DNA of 41,304 nucleotides from a virus: the IMG/VR virus record IMGVR_UViG_3300045988_027240, positions 1-41,304 of that record. The stretch is one strand, 5' to 3'. The notes under the pieces are model-generated. The model ran no database searches. It saw only the letters and a list, made by a program, of their open reading frames with translations, and was not told where the DNA came from. Every line of letters begins with the position of its first letter. Position 1 is the stretch's first letter. Positions 29,231-37,389 of the stretch are shown here, one piece after another. The position numbers and the translations under genes were made by a program.

Positions 29231-29256
29231 AAGCCGTCCCTTCGGGGGCGGCTTTT
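29231..29256. terminator. hairpin AAGCCGTCCC-TTCG-GGGGCGGCTT with flanking T-runs
   Basis: 10-bp stem (one G-U pair) with a TTCG tetraloop. Ends the moron transcript and abuts the Gp15-like stop on the other strand. Confidence 0.65.
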
Positions 29257-29825
29257 CATACCCACTCGCCGAGAAATGCATTTTCCGCTTCGCTGTACCT
29301 CTGGCGGATATCCACGATATCCCGGTTCCGCTGATACCAGGCCCGCTCCTCCTTCTCCAGGCTTTTCCCCTTCGCTTTTTTCTCCCGGATGCGCACGACC
29401 TGGGAGAAAACGCAGTCGCCGATATCGTTGTAGGCCCCCAGGAATGTCCACCAATGAACACCGCCGGTGTTATGTTCCACATCATAGGGGACTTCCCGGA
29501 GATCCCTCCCGAAAGCCCGGTTGATGGGCGGCAAGATCAGCGGATAGTCCTGCACCCAGTCTATCAGTTTCTTGCCGCCATCCTGCCGGGGAACTTGTCC
29601 GCCATTCTGAAACCAGGTAAATCGGTCTACCGCCTCCTGCAGGTGCTGCTGCGGAATTGTTTCCGGAGAGACGTAAAACATCTGCAAGATGCCATCAGCG
29701 CGGTCGGTGGCGTCCAGGTCTGGGTCCTCCAGCATCTCAAAAATGTCCAGGATGACCCGGAAATCTGAACGGATGGCGTAATCCTCTCCTCCGACCTCAA
29801 CCGTTGTCGGAAGCCCCCACATCAT
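29256..29825 (-). CDS. Gp15-family tail assembly protein
   Basis: 189 aa, ATGA-coupled. MMWGLPTTVEVGGEDYAIRSDFRVILDIF… matches the bacteriophage Gp15 family pattern. Confidence 0.65.
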   Translation of the reverse strand: MMWGLPTTVEVGGEDYAIRSDFRVILDIFEMLEDPDLDATDRADGILQMFYVSPETIPQQHLQEAVDRFTWFQNGGQVPRQDGGKKLIDWVQDYPLILPPINRAFGRDLREVPYDVEHNTGGVHWWTFLGAYNDIGDCVFSQVVRIREKKAKGKSLEKEERAWYQRNRDIVDIRQRYSEAENAFLGEWV

Positions 29826-30247
29826 CGGCTATACTTCTCAGTGTACTTCTTGAGCCGGGGATTGGTGGCCTTCTGCTCCCTGGCGAAGGCGCTGTCAGTC
29901 TCGTCCATCAGCGCCAGCAGGAAGTTTGTCCAGACGTGGAGACCATCGGACAGAGCGTAGAGGTTCATGCGGCCAAAGACCTTCTCGCAAATGGGTTCCT
30001 GAAAGATGCCGTCGATGATCTCCCGCATCTCGTCGCTGCGTTTCCGGGCGATTTCGAAGATCTTCACCCTGTCCCCGCACTTTCGGATCTCCTCGTTGTA
30101 GGCGTCTTGCTTCTTGTCCAGCACCTCAAAGGCGTGGTAGAGCCGCTGGACGAACTCGCCGTCCGTGGGATTGAAGCGGATCACCACATCTCCGCCGACC
30201 CCGTGGACCGTGTATTCCTGTACGCCGTGCGTAAAATTCAGTTCCAT
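29822..30247 (-). CDS. tail assembly chaperone
   Basis: 141 aa, located between the major tail protein and Gp15-like genes. Assigned by position. Confidence 0.55.
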   Translation of the reverse strand: MELNFTHGVQEYTVHGVGGDVVIRFNPTDGEFVQRLYHAFEVLDKKQDAYNEEIRKCGDRVKIFEIARKRSDEMREIIDGIFQEPICEKVFGRMNLYALSDGLHVWTNFLLALMDETDSAFAREQKATNPRLKKYTEKYSR

Positions 30248-30293
30248 GGTCTCCTCCTTTCAAATGGGGCGGGCAGAGCCCGCCCCGCTGTCG

Positions 30294-30821
30294 TTAAGCT
30301 GCGTCTGCCGTGAAGGTCACAGCGCCGCCAGCGCCCTTGGTCACAGTGCCCAGGGTACGGTCACCGCCGTAAGTGATCTCGGTGGCAATGTTCAGGTCGC
30401 CGCCGCCATCGCCGCCAATGCTGGTCACAGCCACGGCGCAGCCGGAATAGCGCTCAGCGAAGTTCGCCTGGCTGCTGGTGGCGTAAAAATGGGCGATGAG
30501 CATGTCCTGGTTGGAGAGTGCCTGGGCGTCGTGATCCTTGACTGCCAGATTCCACAGCTTCACCGCTGCGGCGTCGCCCGCATCCAGGGGAATGGGGTCA
30601 AACGTCTGCGTAATGGTAGGCTTCTTCATGGTCGTGAAGGTATTCCCAAGAATGTCCTGCTTGCTCTCCTGCCCCCAGTCCATCTCAGCGGAAGAATCCT
30701 CCACCCGCTTACCGATGGCGCTCCACACGGGTGCGGAGGTCGTGCCGGTATTCAGATAAGCGATAAGGAGTTCCCGGGCGATGGTCTGATTTTCGGGGGT
30801 ACTGAAGGTAAGGTCAGCCAT
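30294..30821 (-). CDS. major tail protein
   Basis: 175 aa, following the tail completion genes. Sequence style is typical of siphovirus major tail proteins (…LIAYLNTGTTSAPVWSAIGKRVED…). Confidence 0.7.
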   Translation of the reverse strand: MADLTFSTPENQTIARELLIAYLNTGTTSAPVWSAIGKRVEDSSAEMDWGQESKQDILGNTFTTMKKPTITQTFDPIPLDAGDAAAVKLWNLAVKDHDAQALSNQDMLIAHFYATSSQANFAERYSGCAVAVTSIGGDGGGDLNIATEITYGGDRTLGTVTKGAGGAVTFTADAA

Positions 30822-31265
30822 TTAATTCACCTCGTATCTCTTGATAAACTGCACGGACAGCTGGGCAGAATAAACGGCAGTCCCCTCGCTGTCCGCTGTA
30901 AAGAGGCTACCGTTCTGGGCCTTGATGGTCTCCTGTCGGGGGGCGTCCCCGAAGACGGGGGCCTTCCCGGTGATAGACTGGCTCTGCACCCAATCCTGGA
31001 AATCCATCAGCCATTGTGCGTTTTCCTCGGCGCCCACATCGTCGCCGGGAGCTTTGGCAAAAACGAAGTACAGCGTGAAGCTGTACTGGTTTATGACGGT
31101 CACATTGCCAAGGATATCCCGCTTGCGGGTGACTTCCATCAGCCCCGCCGGGTTGACGCCGCCGTTGGCGGGAACTTCATCCGTATAGTCCACGGACAGT
31201 TCCTGAAGCTGGCTGCAGCCGGGATAGGTCTTGATCCACTCTCGGATTTTCTCGAGCGCCGTCAT
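30822..31265 (-). CDS. tail terminator/completion protein
   Basis: 147 aa, ATGA-coupled. Assigned by position. Confidence 0.5.
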   Translation of the reverse strand: MTALEKIREWIKTYPGCSQLQELSVDYTDEVPANGGVNPAGLMEVTRKRDILGNVTVINQYSFTLYFVFAKAPGDDVGAEENAQWLMDFQDWVQSQSITGKAPVFGDAPRQETIKAQNGSLFTADSEGTAVYSAQLSVQFIKRYEVN

Positions 31266-31714
31266 TTAAGCGCCTCCCTTCGGCGGATATACTCCCTGAT
31301 CTCTTGCGCCATGGCATCGCCCTCAGCGGCCACCAGGCGACGGTCCCAGTAGGGGCCAGCATCGGCGTTCTTGCTGGTGTCATAGGTCAGATTCCGGTCC
31401 GTGAGGACCTTTGCCGCCCCCTTGCGGCTCCGCCAGGTGCCGTCCTTGGTGAGGAAACCGGCGGCGTTGATCTTGGGGTCGACCATCACCTTGCCATAGT
31501 ACTGATACCTAGCATACGGAGCCGCCACGGTGATCTCCGCCGGACCGGAGATATACTTCAGCTTGCCGGACAGAGCGCCGGAGCGGTATGGCATATAGCG
31601 TGAGATCCTTCGATTGACGATGTTAGTCCAGGCCCGCTGCACATCGCCGTTGCGGTCCAGGCCGTGTGCCCGGATGATCTGCTCAGCGCTTTTGCACTTC
31701 ACGGTCACCCTCAT
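31262..31714 (-). CDS. HK97 gp10-like / minor capsid family head-tail joining protein
   Basis: 150 aa. YMPYRSGAL…APYARYQYYG is typical of this family. ATGA-coupled. Confidence 0.55.
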   Translation of the reverse strand: MRVTVKCKSAEQIIRAHGLDRNGDVQRAWTNIVNRRISRYMPYRSGALSGKLKYISGPAEITVAAPYARYQYYGKVMVDPKINAAGFLTKDGTWRSRKGAAKVLTDRNLTYDTSKNADAGPYWDRRLVAAEGDAMAQEIREYIRRREALK

Positions 31715-32058
31715 CCGCCCGCCTCCGTATGCACGATGGCCCCGTGGTAGTATTTCGGGTCTACATACTTGACCACCACGAGGCCCGGGACCTTGGAGGG
31801 GATGAGCGCCGCCCAGTCCTCCCGGCTCGTGATCTCCGGGCCTTCCCCGGTCATGACCTTATCGCCCACAGCCACCTGCACCACAGGCCCGGGAAGGACC
31901 AGCAGAAACGAGTTCACCTCGCTGCTGCCGGTCTTATCCACGTTCTGGGTCTTCTTGTAGTCCAGAAAAGCCCGGTTGATGACCTTCCGGGTGTAGCCCG
32001 TACCGCCGTCCCAGTGGTACACCGTCACGGTCTGGTCGCAGAGCCGATAGCTCAGCAT
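31711..32058 (-). CDS. head closure/head-tail adaptor protein
   Basis: ATG 32058 overlaps the upstream stop by 7 nt. 115 aa. Assigned by position. Confidence 0.5.
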   Translation of the reverse strand: MLSYRLCDQTVTVYHWDGGTGYTRKVINRAFLDYKKTQNVDKTGSSEVNSFLLVLPGPVVQVAVGDKVMTGEGPEITSREDWAALIPSKVPGLVVVKYVDPKYYHGAIVHTEAGG

Positions 32059-32423
32059 CCGCCCACCCCCCGATAGATGTCCAGGTACAGGCACGCCCGG
32101 CGGTACATTTCACGGTCCTGCGCCGCCTGGGAGAAGTCCAGACTGCCGGAGCCGCCGCTGTAAGTCTCAGACACGCTGCCGACGCTGACGGACGCTACCG
32201 GGCCGCCGGTGCCATCACGGGACCCCTCGTACCAGGCTACGGCATCCGCCATGGCGCAGATAGCCATCTTCTCGGCGTCCTCATCCGGGGCCGTCACGGT
32301 GTAGATGCGCCGGTACCGGGCGAGTTGGTCCCTCGCCCGGGCGGCAAAGCGGAGAAATTCCGTCTCGTCCTGGATGGTCCCCATGTACGTAGTCTGGTAA
32401 TAGAGAAAATCCGGCACGGTCAT
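32052..32423 (-). CDS. head-tail connector (gp6/gp15-like) protein
   Basis: 123 aa directly after the capsid gene. Start may be GTG 32417 because the SD abuts ATG 32423. Confidence 0.55.
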   Translation of the reverse strand: MTVPDFLYYQTTYMGTIQDETEFLRFAARARDQLARYRRIYTVTAPDEDAEKMAICAMADAVAWYEGSRDGTGGPVASVSVGSVSETYSGGSGSLDFSQAAQDREMYRRACLYLDIYRGVGGC

Positions 32424-32435
32424 CCCTCCCGTTTA

Positions 32436-33434
32436 TCAGGCGGAAGTCTTGGGCTTCAGCACGATGCCGTTCAGGGCGGCGGCCTTCAGGGTGTTCTTCA
32501 GGACTACGCCAGCGACCAGCTCAACCTCGCCCTTCTTCACGGCGCCAGGCTCGCTCATGTTGGGCATGTAGGAGTTGATGACGCCGGTACCAGCGGGAGA
32601 AATGCCGTGGAAGCCGTCCAAACCGATGCTCACAGCGTAGATGCTGGAGGTGCCGGCGGCGGTGGTGCTGGGGGTGGAGGTGCCGATGACATCCACGGAG
32701 TTGCTGCCGTTGTAGTACTTGCCGCAGTCCATCAGGGGGATACCGGCGAAGGTCTCCACGACCCGGCCGAAATCGTCCTTGGTGCGCTCATAGTAGCCAG
32801 CCCGGCGGGCGGCGGCACGGACCTTCAGCAGCATGTCGCTGTTCATCAGCAGCATGGTGGTGTCGCCGTCGATGGCGTGCACCAGCTGGTCCAGCTGGTC
32901 AATGAAGGCGTTGGCGTTGCTCCCGACCTTGGCAGAATCGGAGAGGTCGATGTCGGTGGTGAACTCATTGGAGGTGCCGTCCAGAAGCTTCCGTAAGCCG
33001 TCGAAGGTACCGGTCACGTAACCGGCGCCAGTGGAAGCGGCGATGCCGTTGATGACGAGGTTGTGGAAGTAGTTGCTGGTGGCCTTGACCTTCTGGGACA
33101 GCTGGAAGGCCAGCTCATCCACAGCGCCGGAGGTGTTCTGGAGCACACGGTCCACTTGGAAGGAACCGCCCATGATGACAGCCTTGGCGGTCTTCTCCAC
33201 CCGCTTGGCCTCACCGGCGGAATACTCGCTGTTGATGGCACGAACAGCGGCGGTGGAGGGGGTCTTGAGCTGGATGTAGCCGTAGGTCAGGGTAGACCCG
33301 CCGGTACCGGGAGAAATGGCGTTGTCGAACACCAGCCGGTCCAGCAGAAGAGAGCTCCGGCGGAACTCATCGACGATCATCTGGTCGACCTTATCGGCCA
33401 TACCGACCTTGGCTTCAGCGAGAGTAATAGGCAT
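32436..33434 (-). CDS. major capsid protein
   Basis: 332 aa following the scaffold gene. N-terminal MPITLAEAKVGMADKVDQMIVDEF… is typical of this capsid family. Confidence 0.85.
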   Translation of the reverse strand: MPITLAEAKVGMADKVDQMIVDEFRRSSLLLDRLVFDNAISPGTGGSTLTYGYIQLKTPSTAAVRAINSEYSAGEAKRVEKTAKAVIMGGSFQVDRVLQNTSGAVDELAFQLSQKVKATSNYFHNLVINGIAASTGAGYVTGTFDGLRKLLDGTSNEFTTDIDLSDSAKVGSNANAFIDQLDQLVHAIDGDTTMLLMNSDMLLKVRAAARRAGYYERTKDDFGRVVETFAGIPLMDCGKYYNGSNSVDVIGTSTPSTTAAGTSSIYAVSIGLDGFHGISPAGTGVINSYMPNMSEPGAVKKGEVELVAGVVLKNTLKAAALNGIVLKPKTSA

Positions 33435-33447
33435 AATTCAGTCTCCT

Positions 33448-34002
33448 TTACTTATCGTATTTTTCGTGGAGCGCCGCAGAAAGGGAAATGGGCGCATCCG
33501 GTTTGCCGGGAATGGGATTCTTGCCGGGGCCCGGAGCGTAAGGCGCCGGGGGATCCGTCTCGAAGAGGTAGCCGTTCTCCTTCTGGAGAGTTTCCAGGGC
33601 CGCCTTGATGTCGGTATCCTGGTTGCTGGACTTTCGCAGGGCGTCCATGTCCAGCAGGGCGGAGATGGCCTTGGCGCTGCGGCCCTTGGCAGCGGTGATG
33701 GCGTCCTTGAGTTTGCCCTCAAACGCCATACCGTCCAGTTTCTCCTGCCACTCCTTGTCCTTGCTGGTGAGCTGCCCTTGGAGTTCCTTGATCTTCGCCT
33801 GAAGCTGGGATGCGTCCACCCTTTCAAATGCCTTCAGAGCCTTCTTGGCCTCATCCAGCTGCTCCTTGATGGACTGGTAGTCCACAAAGGGCTTTTTTGC
33901 CGCTTCGATGTCACGGCCATTCTCGGCGAGGATTTCGTCGATGATCTCCTTGGGGAGGGCCTGGTCGCCCACCTTGAAATTCTGCAGAAATTCGGTTTTC
34001 AT
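33448..34002 (-). CDS. scaffolding protein
   Basis: 184 aa, highly charged coiled coil. Sits between the MuF module and the capsid gene. Confidence 0.8.
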   Translation of the reverse strand: MKTEFLQNFKVGDQALPKEIIDEILAENGRDIEAAKKPFVDYQSIKEQLDEAKKALKAFERVDASQLQAKIKELQGQLTSKDKEWQEKLDGMAFEGKLKDAITAAKGRSAKAISALLDMDALRKSSNQDTDIKAALETLQKENGYLFETDPPAPYAPGPGKNPIPGKPDAPISLSAALHEKYDK

Positions 34003-34090
34003 GGTTTCTCCTCTTTCGGCTAGGCGTTTTAGGAGGTCGCCAGCTCCTGCCGTTCCGTCCTTTTAGGCCCACGGATAGGCCAAATGGGTA

Positions 34091-34116
34091 TGAAAAAAGC
34101 AGCCCTTCGGCTGCTT
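34091..34116 (-). terminator. rho-independent terminator inside the late operon
   Basis: Minus strand: AAGCAGCC-GAAG-GGCTGCTT followed by TTTTTT. Lies just after the hidden small ORF. Confidence 0.7.
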
Positions 34117-34137
34117 CAATCATTGAGTTGTACTGGG

Positions 34138-34299
34138 TCAATCTGTCACACGTTCGATATCGCCATGCTTCACAAATTCGGTAGAAGTGCTCCCGTCCTG
34201 GTGATCTACATCCGCAAGATAGGCTACGCCATCTTCCAGCACATCGACGATACAAGCAGATTCTCCCGAAGTCAGCACAACGTGAGTATATGGCTTCAC
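34138..34299 (-). CDS. 53-aa DUF4926-like protein (candidate immunity/antitoxin partner); not in the ORF track
   Basis: GTG 34299 overlaps the MuF TGA (GTGA), 6 nt after GAGGAG. Translation: VKPYTHVVLTSGESACIVDVLEDGVAYLADVDHQDGSTSTEFVKHGDIERVTD. Confidence 0.6.
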   Translation of the reverse strand: MKPYTHVVLTSGESACIVDVLEDGVAYLADVDHQDGSTSTEFVKHGDIERVTD

Positions 34300-35813
34300 T
34301 TCCCTCTCCTCTTTTCCTTATCCACATAGGCACTCACAAGGCGCATTTCCTTCGTCTTGTTGTCATCAATCCATGCCGTAATGATCTTTGCCGTCCTCGA
34401 ATTGCGCCCTTCGATCTCCATACGGACCTCATACCGCATTCCGTACCCATTGTCGCCCTTTTGCTTTGCGGGAAACCGGCCCAATCCTTCGCGTATACGC
34501 CCAATCAGATCATCCACGCTGTCAACATCATACCCCAGCGCAGACGAAAAGGCAACTGCCTTATCTGGGGCCTTCCGGGGATTCAACGCGTATTCAGTAA
34601 ACTTTTCTGTAGGTATCTGCGCTGCCTTTCGTTTGGGAAGAAGAGTCTTCTCAAGTGCTTTCTCCGCCGCACCAACCTGCTTCCATCCGAACTTGGCAAC
34701 CTCCGCCCGCTCTAACTGGGTCCGCAGGCCAGCGGCCTTGGAGAATCGGGAGTATTCCTGCCGGAGGATCTGGAGCTTAATCTGGTCCGTTTGCAACTTT
34801 TCCGCATCCCCGGCGGCTTCGTCCACCAGGATGCGCCGCTTTTGCCGCCGGATGGAGGCTTCCAGTCGCCGCTGCCGCTGGGTGGCTTCGTAGCCGGTAT
34901 AGTGCTTACCCTGGTAGGTAACGCCCTCCTCGTTCTTCTGGCGCATCCGCTCCAGCTCTTCCGGGCTATACTGTGGGATACTCACGCCCAGGATGATGGG
35001 ATGGGCGGAATGGCCGCAGTTGAGCGTCCCGATGCGCCGCACAAGGCTGCTGTTCAGCGCTTGATACTCGGCGTCCGGGTACTGCCGCCCCTGGATGGGC
35101 TCATGGTCCGGGGCGCTGTTGTTGTGGGCGTCGATCTCCCAGCCGTCAGCGCCCAGGTCATCGTGGGTCCTCTGGGATATCTGCTCCTGCATCAGTCCAA
35201 GACCGCCCATGACGTTGCGCCGGACGGCGGCTTCCAGGCTCGTATGCACGCCGGATTCATAATCGATCCAGCGCACGCCCCGGTCCGCCAGGTTTTTGGT
35301 GGCCTGCCGGATGGCGGTATTGTAGTCCGCCGCTCCGATAGAAACCTGCATGAAAGCGAAGTCCATACAGCTCCGGTAGGCATCCCTCAGCGGGAGCGCC
35401 CGGCCGTAGGGGTCCACCATGCCGATGGTCTGGGTGATGTTGCTCAGGTCGTTCTCCGCCAGCCGCACGGCCGCCGCCACGATCTGCTGGACCGCCTCGT
35501 TCTGCTGGAACGGGATGGCCTGCACCTGCGGCAGACTCCGAAGGTCATAGCTGTAGCCCGCCTCGGCGCTCTGGGTCAGCATCTTCCGGAGTTCCCGGTT
35601 GGAGACCTTCAACAGTTTTTTGAGCCGCTTCTTGATCTCCCGCTGGGAGAGACCAAGCTCCTGGAGCTTCCAGGTCTCATACTGTGCCGTGGCCGTAAAC
35701 TGCCCAGCCTTGGCCACTCGCTTGGCAAGGTCCTGAATCAGATAGTCCACGATGGGAGCCGTCAGCTCCTCGGCGGTGCCCCGCAGGGCGTCTATCTCGT
35801 CTGCCCGGAGCAT
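34296..35813 (-). CDS. head morphogenesis protein (SPP1 gp7 / MuF family) with DUF6883-like C-terminal extension
   Basis: 505 aa after the portal gene. MuF-like core. The last ~106 aa (…EKFTEYALNPRKAPDKAVAFSSALGY…YGMRYEV…ITAWIDD…RLVSAY) match my memory of DUF6883. Confidence 0.8.
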   Translation of the reverse strand: MLRADEIDALRGTAEELTAPIVDYLIQDLAKRVAKAGQFTATAQYETWKLQELGLSQREIKKRLKKLLKVSNRELRKMLTQSAEAGYSYDLRSLPQVQAIPFQQNEAVQQIVAAAVRLAENDLSNITQTIGMVDPYGRALPLRDAYRSCMDFAFMQVSIGAADYNTAIRQATKNLADRGVRWIDYESGVHTSLEAAVRRNVMGGLGLMQEQISQRTHDDLGADGWEIDAHNNSAPDHEPIQGRQYPDAEYQALNSSLVRRIGTLNCGHSAHPIILGVSIPQYSPEELERMRQKNEEGVTYQGKHYTGYEATQRQRRLEASIRRQKRRILVDEAAGDAEKLQTDQIKLQILRQEYSRFSKAAGLRTQLERAEVAKFGWKQVGAAEKALEKTLLPKRKAAQIPTEKFTEYALNPRKAPDKAVAFSSALGYDVDSVDDLIGRIREGLGRFPAKQKGDNGYGMRYEVRMEIEGRNSRTAKIITAWIDDNKTKEMRLVSAYVDKEKRRGK

Positions 35814-37183
35814 TACTCATCTACCGGGGCGTCCTGCTCCGGCATATAGCGCTTCCGGATATACGCCAGGTCCGCTTCCGTCTCTCTCGGGAGGTCAAAA
35901 TACCATCCAAGGGCAATCTCCGTTTTCAGCATACCAGCGGCCGCCATGGACTTGTACTCCTCCCAGGTCTTGTCCTCGTCGTAGAGAACGCCGTTGCCCC
36001 AAGAAATGGTGATGTCCTTCTCCTGGTCAATGGTACTCCCGGAGAATACCTTGTAGAGCCGCCCTAGGATCTCGCAGACCCGGACCGCCTCACGGGCGGC
36101 GCTCTCCCACATGCGCTGGAAGCCGATAATGGTGAGGTTATAACTGCCAGCACTGTCGGTGATTTGCGTTGCCGTTTTCTGCACGGTTTCAACGTTGGAA
36201 AGGAGGCCACGCTTCAAGCCCATCAGGCTTTCCGCACTGCGGAGGGAATCCATCTTTTTATCCAAGAAGCTCTGAACACGAAGCTCAGGAGAATAGACGG
36301 TAACTCCCACGGTCTCAGGGTCATCATCCAGCCCAACAAAGAGGTCATCGGACAGGCGCTTCCGCCCATCCGCTCCGGTTTTGAGAAGGTCCGCCGAGGC
36401 GAATACCCGGCTGCGGCCATTCTCAAGCTCCCGATCAAGCTGGGCCTCATTGCGATTGAGATTGTGGATAAGCCCAGCCGCCGAGGCAAAGATGCTGACG
36501 GCATCCGGGCTCCCGTCTACCGTGTTCTCCTGGGGGCACCGAACAGGGATAAGGCCGATGGAGCCGACCCCAGGGAGCACCAGCTCCGGCACAAGGCCAG
36601 CGTACTTCTCCAGGGTATCAAGCGGCACCTGCACGCCAAGGGTCTGCCCATCGCCGCTTAAATACAGCTTACTCTCGATGACCAGATTCCCAGTGGCATC
36701 TACCCGGCGGCGTTCCAGGAGGGTGTAGCTGTTGCGCCCCTCCACGGTACGCTCCGCCGTTCCGATGTCCGTGATCTCATCTCGCTCATTTCTCCCCAGC
36801 GGCAGATAACTGCCCCGGGGGATAACGGAAAACGCCAGGCCGGTTGTCCCGAAGACGGGTTTCAGGAAACTCTGCCCGCCAATGAGCGCCTGTTGCACAG
36901 CCTTACCCTTTACCCGGCCAAGCTCCAGCAGGATGCGCTTTGCGTCTTCATTATCGCTATCAGCCTGATATTCAGAGAAGACCGCACGGGTAATTGTCGA
37001 TACCACCAGCACCGGAATTCTCTGGCAAGGGTCCTCTTCCGTAGTTGCTTCCGCCTGATAGTAGAGCTGCGCCCAGTCCCGAATAGCGGCCTGCATCTCA
37101 GCGGTGGTGATGTCCTTCACGCCGAAAGCCTGCTGGAAGTTATAAATTTTTCCCTGGTCAAACAGGGCGGAAAAGATGCTCAC
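35813..37183 (-). CDS. portal protein (SPP1 gp6-like)
   Basis: About 456 aa after terL. GTG 37183 lies 9 nt after AAGGAGG and is GTGA-coupled. The track start is TTG 37204. Confidence 0.9.
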   Translation of the reverse strand: MSIFSALFDQGKIYNFQQAFGVKDITTAEMQAAIRDWAQLYYQAEATTEEDPCQRIPVLVVSTITRAVFSEYQADSDNEDAKRILLELGRVKGKAVQQALIGGQSFLKPVFGTTGLAFSVIPRGSYLPLGRNERDEITDIGTAERTVEGRNSYTLLERRRVDATGNLVIESKLYLSGDGQTLGVQVPLDTLEKYAGLVPELVLPGVGSIGLIPVRCPQENTVDGSPDAVSIFASAAGLIHNLNRNEAQLDRELENGRSRVFASADLLKTGADGRKRLSDDLFVGLDDDPETVGVTVYSPELRVQSFLDKKMDSLRSAESLMGLKRGLLSNVETVQKTATQITDSAGSYNLTIIGFQRMWESAAREAVRVCEILGRLYKVFSGSTIDQEKDITISWGNGVLYDEDKTWEEYKSMAAAGMLKTEIALGWYFDLPRETEADLAYIRKRYMPEQDAPVDE

Positions 37184-37389
37184 GGGCTGGACACCTCCTT
37201 GCAATGGATAACGATGCGCCCTTGACGGCGCTGGTTATCGTGGATTCCCTGGATATACGCCTCCAGGCGGTCAATCTCTTGCTCTTTGCACGCTAGGCGC
37301 TCCCGGAGCCTCCGGTTCTCCTCCAAGAGCTCATCCCGGCACCAGGCGGGGAGGAAGCGCTCAATAAGCCATCGTTTCAGCTTTCTCAC
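37180..37389 (-). CDS. small coiled-coil protein between terL and portal
   Basis: 69 aa. GTG start is GTGA-coupled to the terL stop. LEENRRLRERLACKEQEIDRLEAYI. Confidence 0.5.
   Translation of the reverse strand: MRKLKRWLIERFLPAWCRDELLEENRRLRERLACKEQEIDRLEAYIQGIHDNQRRQGRIVIHCKEVSSP

Noticed and set aside
29822-30247. Looked for a programmed -1 frameshift (G/GT-type) between the two tail chaperone ORFs.
   Set aside because: The second ORF (Gp15-like) has its own ATG in an ATGA stop-start overlap, and no slippery heptamer is evident near the junction. They appear to be separate coupled genes.
33911-34333. The 140-aa minus-strand ORF in the gap between the MuF and scaffold genes.
   Set aside because: Its translation is Arg/Cys/Gly-rich with no SD. 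The region is better explained by the GTG-start 53-aa ORF in another frame plus a terminator and an intergenic leader.
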